DNA of 64,000 nucleotides. Origin: Heteronotia binoei (lineage: Eukaryota). A program made the position numbers and the translations under genes. The stretch lies in the NCBI RefSeq assembly GCF_032191835.1, contig NC_083237.1, positions 16,802,001 to 16,866,000 of the forward strand, in the 5' to 3' direction. The notes under the pieces were generated by a model. That model ran no database searches. It was not told the origin of the DNA and worked only from the letters and a program-made list of their open reading frames with translations. The first letter of the stretch is position 1; each line of letters begins with the position of its first letter. Of the stretch, positions 49,787-60,760 are shown piece by piece.

Positions 49787-51051
49787 GATAACGCTGGGGT
49801 TTTAATAATTCTCTGTCCTCTTTCTTCTCAGTCAGGCCTACCTGTGTATTAACCCTTAAAGCTGCTACTTGAGCAGGCTGAGCAGGCTTTAGGCCTTCCC
49901 AACTAGAACCATTGTCCCCACAAAAAAGTATAAAGAAACAAATACATTTCCCAAAAGGAGAACTGTGCCACTGAAATTAAGTGGAATAGCTTGGTGGAGA
50001 AGGATCCTTCAGTTCTAAAACAGTATTTTACTAGAGAGGAGCTCCAGTTTCTGAAGCTTTCAACTATTTAGACATGCCACCAAAGTAAGGGGCACAACCA
50101 AAGTAAGTCCCGCCCCCTTTTCCATGTTTTACTTTCTTGGTCTCTGTCTGCCTCTTTCTTGTGATCATATGCCATCCCTAAGACTTGTGAATGTACATTA
50201 TGTCCAATCTCAGCTCTCAAGCCAAGCATCTGTGGCATAACACGTGCAGCAATCAACTCACAATCCCAGATAAAATACGAACAAACTAAGCCAGAGCAGA
50301 TACCAAAACTCAAATTTTGGTTGAAAACCCAAGGAGTGTTGATGGGCTAGTCCCCATTTTCCCCAAGTTAGCGAGCAGGCATAGTAAGAAAACATACCAA
50401 ATTCCCTGAGGCACTTGATTAAGACCTCCTGTTAATCTTAAATCTCTGTTGGGCCACACCAATCTGGAATCCATAGGGATTGGTCTGCTGTTGCTAAAAC
50501 AACAGAGAGTCTTGGGGAACTTTGAACGAGTATTGTATGTATTGCTGAAGAAGTTTTCATGGGAGGTTCTGGACAGGGCTGGCCTGTCACTAGGCAAGCT
50601 AGGTGACTGCCTAGGGTGCCAGCCTTCTGGGGGTCACAAATTGGGCACCCCCCCATGAGACTCAGTGACATTATCAGTTCGAGGGGGGGGTGCCAGTAGT
50701 TAGCCTTGCCTAGGGTGCCAGACAGTCTAGGGCTGGCCCTGATTCTGGATCACACACAAGGCTGCTGAAATGGGCAATTAGGGGAACAGAATTTCAGGGG
50801 ACTTTGGCAGTCTGAGGAACCATAGAGCAGAACAAGTCATATGATCGGTTGTCACATGACATTGGAGTTGAATCCAGGTGAAGCCAGGAGGTCTATGCCT
50901 GGGCCTGTGAATTCGACATGGGTCCTGAAAGTCCACAGGGAAAATTTCAGGGTGCGCTTCCATGATCAGACTTGCCTCTAAACTCTCTGGTCTAACAGTC
51001 ATAGTCTGCCACTCTTGGGCAATCAGAACCAATAAAGCAAGATGCCAGCGG

Positions 51052-51996
51052 TCAACCTTTCTCTCCAAAGTCTCGCCTTCGAAGCACCTTGACTACTGCA
51101 CCGTGGACATCTTTATTCCGCAGTGTATAAATTATTGGGTTAAGCAGGGGAGTGACCACAATGTAAAAGATGGCAATTTTCTTGTCCAAATCAGAACCTG
51201 AGCCCAACCCAGGCCGCATGTACATTGTGATGACAGTACCGTAGAACACCGTGACCACTATCAGGTGGGAGGCGCAGGTGGAAAATGCCTTGCGCCGTCC
51301 CGCCGTTGTCCTCATTTTTAATACTGAGGATAGAATGAGCCCATAAGAAGTCAGAATAACAGACAAGGGACCCAAGAGGATTAGTGCCGCCGTCCCGAAA
51401 ACAACCTTTTCCGTGATACGGGTTTCAGCGCATGCAAGTTTCAACACAGCTGGCAACTCACAGACAAAGTGGTTAACGTGGCTGGAGCCACAGAAAGGAT
51501 GGTGAAAGGTGCAGCTCACATTTATCGTCGCCAGGAGGATGCCTACTCCCCAGCAGAAGGAAGCCAGCTGCAACTGGCGCCACCTGTCCATGACAATTGC
51601 ATATAGCAAGGGGTGGCAGATGGCCAGGTAGCGATCATAGGCCATGGCGCTCAGCAGAACGCATTCAGTGCCACCCAAGGTCAGTATCAAGTGCATCTGA
51701 ACTGCACAGCCGATGAAGGAGATGGTTCGGTTTCCAGACAGAAGGTTGAACAGCGCCTGGGGCAACGTGCTGGTGACATAACAAATCTCCAGGCCTGCGA
51801 GGTGAGTGAGGAAAAAATACATGGGGGTATGGAGGCGGAAGTCGGCCCGCACTAGTACGATGACCATTCCATTACCCACCAGGGTGAGTGAGTAGATGAC
51901 AAGGATGACCACAAAGAGCAGAACCTGCATCTTGCGGTGGTAGGTGAATCCCAGCAAGGTGAACTCCTTGACAGAGGTGAGGTTCTGAGTCACCAT
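51052..51996 (-). CDS. Olfactory receptor OR5 (OR2D-like, divergent from OR1-4), intact 314 aa
   Basis: NLT site and the motifs LHTPMYFFL, MAYDRYLAICHPL, HFVCELP, KAFSTCASHL, MYMRP, PLLNPIIYTLRNKD. Acceptor ctgcAG at 52010-52011. Confidence 0.97.
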   Translation of the reverse strand: MVTQNLTSVKEFTLLGFTYHRKMQVLLFVVILVIYSLTLVGNGMVIVLVRADFRLHTPMYFFLTHLAGLEICYVTSTLPQALFNLLSGNRTISFIGCAVQMHLILTLGGTECVLLSAMAYDRYLAICHPLLYAIVMDRWRQLQLASFCWGVGILLATINVSCTFHHPFCGSSHVNHFVCELPAVLKLACAETRITEKVVFGTAALILLGPLSVILTSYGLILSSVLKMRTTAGRRKAFSTCASHLIVVTVFYGTVITMYMRPGLGSGSDLDKKIAIFYIVVTPLLNPIIYTLRNKDVHGAVVKVLRRRDFGEKG

Positions 51997-52052
51997 TCTG
52001 GTTTCTTGCCTGCAGAGAAAGGATGAAAGTGGAAGTCACTGTCTCTGAGAAT

Positions 52053-52355
52053 TAAAAAGGTAAAGGTAGTCCCCTGTGCAAGCACCAGTCATTTCTGACT
52101 CTGGGGTGACGTTGCTTTCACAACGTTTTCATGGCAGACTTTTTTACGGGGTGGTTTGCCATTGCCTTCCCCAGTCCTCTACCCTTTCCCCCCAGCAAAC
52201 TGGGTCCTCATTTTACCGACCTTAGAAGGATGGAAGGCTGAGTCAACTTTGAGCTGGCTACCTGAACCCAGCTTCCACTGGGGTTGAACTCAGGTCGTGA
52301 GCAGAGCTTAGGACCGCAGTACTGCAGCTTTACTGCTCTGCGCCATGGGGCTCTT
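52053..52355 (-). mobile_element. Sauria SINE immediately upstream of the OR5 acceptor
   Basis: (ACCTTT)n tail and 13-bp TSD TGTC(T/C)CTGAGAAT. Confidence 0.88.
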
Positions 52356-52956
52356 TGTCCCTGAGAATAGGACAACCTTAAGAAGAAAAAGAAGACTGCA
52401 GATTTATACCTCGCCCTTCTCTCTGAATCTGAGACTCAGAGCTGCTTACAATTTCCTATATCTCTCCCCCCCCCCGCCCAGGTTTCCTTTACCTGCCCTA
52501 ACTGTGAGGGGGAATCCTTTATTTGTTCTTCATATCCCTCCCCCACTTTTAAAATGATTTCTTTAGGAATGGACTTAATTACTTGTGGGTAGAAATTCTG
52601 TAGCAGAAAAACGTGATTTCTCATGGAGTATGTAGAAGGCAGAAAGGATCGCCTGCACTATGAAATCAGGATCTCTCTCCCTCTCTTGGCTGTTTCCAGG
52701 GTAGTGGGAAACAGGAACTCTTTTGCCTTAAGTGTGAATGGGTTCTTTGGAGTCTCCACAGATATTTGTGGCTTGCCTTTAAGAGAGGCAGATGCCATCA
52801 TTTGAGGAGACCCTCTTTTGCATCATGACCCTTACAGGACTTCCACATGGTCAGCACAAAACATGGTTTGTAGCCTGGAGAAGTCAGAGGAAAAGTGAGC
52901 CCATATTTTAGCCAAGTTTTATTGTCCATACTGTCCCTGACCATGGAGTATGGCTA

Positions 52957-53095
52957 NNNNNNNNNNNNNNNNNNNNNNNNNNNNNNNNNNNNNNNNNNNN
53001 NNNNNNNNNNNNNNNNNNNNNNNNNNNNNNNNNNNNNNNNNNNNNNNNNNNNNNNNNNNNNNNNNNNNNNNNNNNNNNNNNNNNNNNNNNNNNNN
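52957..53095. other. Assembly gap (139 N); further gaps at 54409-54555 and 61493-61663
   Basis: N runs. Confidence 0.99.
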
Positions 53096-53466
53096 ATCTC
53101 TCAGAGAAAGGGCAATGCAAACAGCTTCTTCACAAAGCAGCTTCTTCTTTTCCTTAACTAGTCATAGTTTGCTTCTTCTCCTCAGAGGAGAATCCAGCAC
53201 AGTTGATAACATTAGTCACCCCTCCTCCATTTTATGCCCACACCAAACACTGAGAAGAAGTGACTGACCAAAATCACCCAGTGAGCTTCCCTGGCACACG
53301 TGAAGATTCAAACCTGGGCCTGCTAGATCCTAATCCAGCTCTCTGACAGCATCACTATGAGGAGTATTGAAGACTTAAAATGCCCTTGATGTTGGCTACC
53401 TGTGTACAGTGCCTTACCTGCATCAGTTAAAATAACCTGTTATCTGAATACCCAGTTACATAGAAT

Positions 53467-54390
53467 CTTACCTGCTTTCTCACAGGTGTTCCTCTACAAC
53501 CACAAGGGAAGCTTGCGAACCACCCAGCAGAGCGAATTGACTTCAGATATTTAATTCAAGATGAAGGGAAACTCTTTGGAAGGTCAGGGGACTAGCAGAG
53601 TGGCCATGAAGAAAATTAGCAGCATTTCTCAAATGGGAGCAATAGCTGGTGGATTCTTTCCCCATGCTCTGAAAGCTGCCTGCAGTATTATCTGAGTAGC
53701 TTAAAAGTTTCATGCCTGTATGAACATGTCTCAAATTTCCTAGGTAGAAAAATGACCAGAAGTACCAAAAGCTCCTCTGGGTTGAGTTACGGACCATGGA
53801 CACATGCTGCCGCAGAAGATATTGGACACATTTTCTGCTTAGTTTGTTACCGTTAGCTTATCAGGGTCTTTGTTTCTGTGAGAAATGCATAAGCAAATAA
53901 AATAAGTCAGTAGGACAACTGTTGACCAGCTATTTTGCTTCCAGGGCAGAAGCTCCTTGATGCTGTGAAATGGTCCATTTAGCTAGCATCATCTTCTCTA
54001 GCAGCATCTTTCCAAGGGTTCAGGTAGATGGCCTTCCAAGCCAGCTTCCCAGAGATCCTTTAGCTGAAAATATGAGGAACCTCATACATGCAAAGCCCTA
54101 ACTCTTTGCCCAGGAACCAGCCTCCCAAACCATTTTTGCCAATATGCCTACAACCAGTTTGCAGATACTCCAGTTTGGCTTCTTCCACTGCTTAAGAAAT
54201 CTCAGTTTTGGAAGACATGGCAGCAAGCTGCTCGGAGTTTTCTGGGTTTTTTTCCTTCCTGGAGCTTCTCAAATATTTGAGAATTCAGGAAGATGATGAA
54301 GACTGTAGATCAGCTCTCCTGGGACTACTCCAGTCCCTTGATAGCTTTGGATGATTAATAGTTGTTTGTTAGCTCAACCTCTTGGGTCTG
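53467..54390 (-). promoter_or_regulatory. OR5 upstream module
   Basis: CAG|GTAAGA donor at 53471. O/E site TCCCAGGAGA near 54315-54324 and TAATCA near 54352-54357. Confidence 0.55.
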
Positions 54391-54555
54391 TTGAGAAAGC
54401 TCCATAATNNNNNNNNNNNNNNNNNNNNNNNNNNNNNNNNNNNNNNNNNNNNNNNNNNNNNNNNNNNNNNNNNNNNNNNNNNNNNNNNNNNNNNNNNNNN
54501 NNNNNNNNNNNNNNNNNNNNNNNNNNNNNNNNNNNNNNNNNNNNNNNNNNNNNNN

Positions 54556-54775
54556 GCCCTCCACTCTGAATCTCAGAGTGGCTCACAATCTCCTTTATCT
54601 TCCTCCTCCACAACAAACACCCTGTGAGGTGGGTGGGGCTGGAAGAGCCCTCTCAGAAGTTGCCTTTTCAAGGACAGCTCTGTGATAGCTATGGCTGATT
54701 CATGGCCATTTCAGCAGGCGCAAGTGGGGGAGTGGGGTATCAAGCCCAGTGCTCCCAGATAAGAGTCCACTCACC
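54556..54775 (-). mobile_element. Squam3-type SINE (tail in gap); partial copies also at 8606-8772, 43022-43175 and 52378-52470
   Basis: Body matches other copies. Confidence 0.7.
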
Positions 54776-55074
54776 AAGCATCCTACAAATCAATAATGCA
54801 GGGGCCCTTGTCTCACTCATATTGTGCAATACAAGCTACAATGTATGGGCCAAGAGCCGCCCAAAATGATATAGTAGGTAATGCAGCAAAACCTTTTCCT
54901 CCTTGAAAGGTGCACGCCTATGCATTATGTCTGAACGTGGAAGCCCATTCTGATTGGTAGTTTGTGCTCTTTGTGATGTCATCAAGGTGGTCGAAGCCAA
55001 TTTTTCCTGCCATTTGTAAACTGAGGTGTCACTTGTGAACCAAGTGACCGATTTCAAATTTTAAAGCATTTTAA

Positions 55075-55560
55075 GGTGCGTTAGGCATTCGGTACATCAG
55101 CCAGATAGCCAAATTCTCCCCAACATCCCACACCAGACCTGCACACTCAATGCCGGTGATCTCCAGGGCCAGGAGTGCCTGGAAGGAGTAAGTATGAAGA
55201 GCACCATCCCGCCCATTAGTCTGTGCTTGGTGGTGGACCGAGAACCCGGGGGGAGCTACTTAGGAGAGAGCTACTGTCTTCCCGTCTCGCACCCAGGTCT
55301 CAGTCACGCAGGCCAGGTCCATTTTCTGCTCAAGCAGATAGTCTTGTAGGACTGCAGTCTTATTATTTATGGACCTAGCGTTGCACAGCACCAAGGACAG
55401 AGGCAAGCACTTCCACTTGGCCTCCATACCTGCCATCGTTGGGATGGGACACAGGCTGGAAGGGGAGCATGCCCTCCTGTGTCTCAGCTTCCTTCCTTTC
55501 CCATTATGCCTGTTCCCACCGCTATACTTGCCCCTCCCCAGGAGCACTGGTATCCCTTGG
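55075..55560 (-). mobile_element. L2 ORF2 N-terminal APE-endonuclease fragment (degenerate)
   Basis: LVLCNARSINNK...DLACVTETW motif, then stops and frameshifts. Confidence 0.75.
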
Positions 55561-55912
55561 GCTAATTCCTTCCAAAGTCAGAGCCCTCCCCTCCTCCCCC
55601 AATGTTTCTGCCTGATTTTGCACAAGCTGCTGCAGGGCTGTGACTCACCCCGCCTCTTTCCCGCAGCAAGCAGAAACTGGTTTTCAGAGGATCTTGCTTG
55701 CTGCGGGAAAGAGGTGAGGCAAGTCGCAGCCCTGTGGCAGCTTGTGTGAAATTGGAAGGAAGTGTTGGGGGTGGGGAATAATTCCAATGCTGGAACAAGC
55801 GTAATGGGGAATTGGTCTGGGTCTCCTTTCTTCATTTCATGGGCTAAATGGCTAAATGCATGTAATAAGAACCCACACAAAGAAATACACTGAAAAGCAT
55901 ATTTAGCTATTA

Positions 55913-55918
55913 TTTATT
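55913..55918 (-). terminator. Candidate polyadenylation signal of the V2R gene
   Basis: AATAAA on the minus strand about 25 nt after the stop codon. Confidence 0.5.
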
Positions 55919-55943
55919 GTTATTAGGAGAAATAATAAATACT

Positions 55944-56845
55944 TCAATTTTTTCTCCATATTATTTGCTCCTTTCTGTTCAGTTGAGGTTTAAGTAATAT
56001 AATGTAACACTTTGGACAAAATATGCATGCCAATAAACCAGCACTGGAAGCCAAGATGGAGAAGATCTCCACAGCCACTGTGTATTTCCCTTTGGTGCTC
56101 AGATAGCTGGGAACAAAACACAGCCAAACACTGCAGAACACCAACATACCAAAGGTGATGAATTTGGTTTCATTAAAACAGTCTGGCAGTTTCCTTGCTA
56201 GGAAAGCCACGTTCAAACTTACGATGGAAAGAAGTCCAATGTAGCCGAGAACAATAAAGAACATAGTGGCAGACCCTTTGTTGCATTCGGCGACTATTTC
56301 TCCTCTAACAGACTGTGTGTCCAAATTGGGGAAAGGAGGGGAGGTTCCCAGCCACAGCATACAAAAGCCTACTTGAAGAAGGGAGCCGGAAAAGATAATG
56401 GAGTTGGCCAGTCTTCTTCCCACCCACTTCCTCATGCTGGACCCTGGCTTGGTGGCCACGAAAGCCACCACCACAGTGATGGTTTTGGCCAGTATGCAAG
56501 AAACAGCCAGTGAGAAGATGATGCTGAAAGCTGACTGGCAGAGTAAGCAGGTCATCTTTGTAGGTTGTCCAAGGAAGAGCAAAGAGCAGAGGAAGCAGAG
56601 CAGGAGGGAGACGAGAAGAATATAGGTGATCTCTCGGTTGTTGGCTTTGACAATGGGGGTATCTTTGTAATTAATGAAAGTTTGGAGTACTAAGGCTGTG
56701 ATTAGGGCAAAACCAATGGCTACTGAGTCTAAACTGATTCCTAAAGGTTCTTTATAAGACAAAAAGCTTATTATCTTGGGTATGCAGTCATCTTGGTTCT
56801 TGTTTGGGTACTGATCATCTGGGCAATTGAGACAGTTGTCCATGT
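55944..56845 (-). CDS. Vomeronasal type-2 receptor (V2R), final exon: end of cysteine-rich domain plus 7TM
   Basis: Translates (D)[14 protein letters not shown]..., [39 protein letters not shown]. Polypyrimidine acceptor ccccccttccAG at 56846-56847. Phase 1 matches the upstream exon. Confidence 0.95.
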
Positions 56846-56976
56846 CTGGAAGGGGGGAAAAAAGAGAAAGACGGCCCACCTGAATGCGCCACCAGATGCA
56901 GACATCTAGAAACACATGCTGTTACTGGATGATTTTTTCTGATGTTTTTTTTGCTATCTCTTCATTGTGCTTAAGA

Positions 56977-57268
56977 GGAGCCCTGTGGCACAGAGCTGCA
57001 GTATTGCAGTCGGAGCCCCCTGCTCACGACCTGAGTTCAATCCCAGCAGAAGCTGGGGTTTCAGATAGCCGGCTCGAGGTTGACTCAGCCTTCCATCCTT
57101 CCGAGGTCAGTAAAATGAGTGCCCAGCTTGCTGGGGGGAAAGTGAAATGACCGGGGAAGGCAATGGCAAACCATCTAGTAAAAAGGTCTGCTGTGAAAAC
57201 GTGAAAGCAGCGTCACCCCAGAGTCGAAAACAACTGGTGCTTGCACAGGGGACCTTTCCTTTTTCTTT
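56977..57268 (+). mobile_element. Sauria SINE in the last V2R intron; further copies at 3108-3312 (+, partial) and 63616-63908 (-)
   Basis: Full head GGAGCCCTGTGGCACAGAG to ACCTTT tail. Confidence 0.85.
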
Positions 57269-58814
57269 TTATTGTCCTTAAAACACTTAGCACTTCCATT
57301 GTGTTCAATTGTTATTTTACCCAATAACAAAGCATGCTTACCTGCCTTTTCATTTCTGTAAGTAGCAAATAAAGAACAGGCAACGAGGACCTTCCCTTAA
57401 ATCCTTGTCACCTTCTAAATGAAACACAACTCTGCATATAGAGATACTAAAAACTATTGACATGTTGGGTCAATATGGCAATACAAGTTGCTGACCAATG
57501 CAAAGAATTCCTTGGGGAAGTCTTGATTACTCCAGTTCCATCCTACCTCAATGAAGATTTGGGACCATATGAAAAAGATCTAGTTCAAATAATCTCATCG
57601 TTAATTCCACCCCCCACCCCCCATTACTCTATGCCATTCATGCCCATCGTTAAGGAATGTCTCCCTGCTGAGTTATCACACTCCATAGATTGGGTGTGTG
57701 TAATGGAAAAATAATGAAAAGCCAGGTACCTACAAAAGTGCTATTCATATCATCAAAGGAGTGAAAGTTTCAACCACCAGCAATCTTTCCCATCACAAAG
57801 TGTGTCCATAGTTTATCGAACCAGAGGTAAAGGGTAACATTATGATTTAGTGGTTTAGATATTTTCAGGTCGGGGATAGGATAGAAACCATGAGAAGAAA
57901 AGGCTGCTCCTTGTTCCTGTTTTCAGTTTTTCAGATTATCTCCAAGGAAAATTATGGGAATTCGAGAGACCTCCTTTCTTATCTTCTATCTACAGTATTC
58001 TCATAAAGGTCTTTACAAAAGGGCAGACATTCATGCAGGAGGAATGGGGACTGGATCTGGGTATGGAACTTTCACTTACCAAATGGCATCAGGTTTGGAA
58101 CTTGGGTGCTTGCTCCTTAATTTTATTTTATTTTTTAAATATTCAGCTTCAGGTTCTTAAAATGCAGACCAGGTGATACTGTACTCCCTCTAAGTTACAT
58201 AAAATAAATAAGAGCATTAGTCCACTGTGTTGGAAGGGACGCGGTCAAGTTGGTACATTCCGACACTGTTGGTGGGACTGTCCCATCATCCAGGGATTCT
58301 GGTAAGACGTCTTAGCTAGGATTGGTAGAATAGCAGAACAGGTCATCCCTCCTACCTTGGATCTAGCCCTGCTAGAACTGTGGTCTCCCTGAATAAGGGT
58401 AAGAAGATTATGATTTCTGTCTTACTGGTGGTGGTGAGGTTAGCCATTGCTTCCAAATGGAAAGCCAAGGAAGCACAAACTTTAGAACTTTGGTTCAATA
58501 AACTATGGACACACTTTGTGATGGGAAAGATCGCTGGTGGTCTAAACTCTCACTCCTGTGATGATATGAACAGTTCTTTTGTAGGTACTTGGCTCACAGT
58601 TCTGCAATATTTAGCTGAGAATGAGATTATTCCATTTAATATACACTTCCGGGACTGGATTTATATCTGAGTGATTGGTCATCAACAGTTTCTCTGTTGG
58701 CATTCTGGGAAAGAAATGCCTTCTTTTTGACCCAGGTTTATTAGCAATAGAATAATTAACAGGCATTCTCACATTCTGAAATGTTACTGTTTTATGGCTT
58801 CCCACGCTAATTCA

Positions 58815-59030
58815 ACCCAGATCAAAGGTTTTCTGAATTTGTTAATTTTACTATTCTGCTGTTGGTTTTTAACTTTGTACCACTTGGCATTCCAAACCCC
58901 ACCAACTATATGTGGTTCTGCTTACTGTACCTCATTCCTCGTCTGAAGAAGTGTGCATGCACACGAAAGCTTACGTTCTGAATAAAACTAAGTTGGTCTT
59001 CAAGGTGCAATTGACTCCTATTTTGACTTA
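58815..59030 (+). mobile_element. Penelope-like terminal fragment inserted in an L1 3' region
   Basis: Homologous to the reverse complement of 2581-2790 and contains the hammerhead. Confidence 0.7.
58934..58983 (+). ncRNA. Minimal type I hammerhead ribozyme motif in a Penelope-like terminus
   Basis: ATTC-CT-CGT CTGAAGA A GTGTG(CATG)CACAC GAAA GC TT ACG-TTCT-GAAT. Intact core, 5-bp stem II, palindromic AAGCTT stem III and bipartite stem I. Confidence 0.75.
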
Positions 59031-59738
59031 ATGCCCCTAATAGCAGGAATATGGTACTTGCCTTCCCTTTGCTATGTAGGTGTTATCACTTCTTTCCTTT
59101 ACCTGTCCCCCCCCCCCACAATTATATGTGTTTTTAATGAAATAAAAATGAATTTGTTTTTTAAAAAAGGGGGGGGGGGATACAAGGTGCTAGCCAATGC
59201 AGATAATCCCTTTGGGAAGTCATGATTGCTCTAGTCCCATCCTATATGCGCTAGGGTGACCAACCTCCAGGTGTCTCATGGAGATCTCCTAGAATTAGAA
59301 CTCATTCTCAGGTGACAGAGAACAGTTCCCCTAGAGAAAATGGCTGATGGTGGGCTATATGGCATTATACCCCTGCTCCTCCCCAAACCCGTACCTCCTC
59401 AGGCTCCGAATTTCCCGGATTTCCAGATATTTCCTAACCCAGAGCTGGCAAACTTAATATGCACACTTGATTTCTCACCACATGTGACCCACATCGGAAA
59501 TGTGTAATGAATGGACAGCCTTGGAAGCATGAACTTTGTGTTGATCCTTTTCCCAAAGTGTCTGATTCTGTGCAGAAATAGCCCTAACCTTACCTGTAGG
59601 AATGATACAGAGCCCTGGTTTACCAAATTACTGTGCACACAGTATGGCATGTTGGCATTAGACATATTATCATTGGAATTATCACCACATGCAGAAGAAG
59701 CTGTTTTGGAATTATCATCACATGCAGGCACCACCTAC

Positions 59739-59865
59739 CCTTCTGGTTTGAAATCATCCCATCTGGGCACAGATCACAATCATAGCAGCAAAATTTCTCG
59801 CCTTCCTTCTTTTTCTTGAGGTATCCAGGAGGGCAGTGGTCACTACACAAAGAAAGAGGAGGCAC
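59739..59865 (-). CDS. V2R penultimate exon (127 nt, cysteine-rich domain)
   Basis: [45 protein letters not shown] acceptor at 59866-59867 and GTAGGT donor at 59738. Splicing yields ...NQK-D-MDNC. Confidence 0.93.
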
Positions 59866-60379
59866 CTATCCCAAAATATGAAAAGATTTTAGGATGGGCC
59901 TCAAGAACCATTATTTAGTGTTTAGAAAGAAATACAGGAATGAACAACTGAAATGGAATGATGGAGAACATGATGGGTTGGATCCAATGCTAACCCTAGA
60001 GCCTTTGTCTGAGGCAAAGAAACTCCCCCTGGCACAAATGCCCATTCTGATTCAAGAGGTTGTTTGCCAGCAGGAGTGCTGAGGCACCATTTGTCAGGGG
60101 AACAGAACGCAGATGTGTCAAATGCCTCAGTTTCCTCAAGTGTTTCCTCAGGAATCTCCTTGGCAACCAGCAATAGTACCACAAATCTCAGAAAATAGCA
60201 AATAAAAAATGTGGTGGACTTTTTGCAGGCTACCACAGACTTTCAAAATGCCCCCCTCTTGCATTCTGTTCTGAGGAATTGGCTTCACTGGGCCTGAAAC
60301 TCCAGACTGTAAAATTCCTGGAGATTTGGGGGTGGAATCTGGGGAGGGCAGGGGCCTCAGTGGAGTATAATTCCATAGA

Positions 60380-60760
60380 GTTGGAAGGGGTAATACAGTC
60401 CATCTAGTTCAACACCCTGCTCCATGCAGGATCAGCCTAAAGCATCTCTGACAAATAATCATCCAGCTGCGTTTTGAAGACTGCCAATGAAGGGGTGCTC
60501 ACCACCATCCTAGGCAACTGGTTCCACCTCCAAACTACTCTGACTGTAAAAAAAAATGTTTCCTAATATCCAGCCGGTACCATTCTGCTTGTAATTTGAG
60601 CCTATTGCTTTGGGTCCTATCCTCGGCTGTGAAGTGGAACAGCTCCTTGCCCTCCTCTAAATGACAGTCTTTCAAATATTGAAAGAGAGTGATCATGTCC
60701 CCCCTCAATCTTTTCTCCTCCAGACTGAACATTCCCTTAGCCCTCAGTCTTTCCACATAG
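60380..60760 (-). mobile_element. Older CR1 3' fragment in V2R intron
   Basis: FSLEEKRLRGDMITLFQYLKDCHLEEGKELF. Confidence 0.8.

Larger units (their letters stand above)
57940..59175 (+). mobile_element. Degenerate L1/Tx1-clade LINE 3' end in V2R intron
   Basis: TPSKLHKIN...PLCWKGRGQVGTFRHCWWDCPIIQGFW (C-terminal CCHC region) at about 58180-58300, and AATAAA plus A-tract near 59140-59170. Confidence 0.7.

Noticed and set aside
56846-56915. MFLDVCIWW... start of the 323-aa V2R ORF
   Set aside because: Intronic. The exon begins at 56845 and splices in phase to the 127-nt exon.
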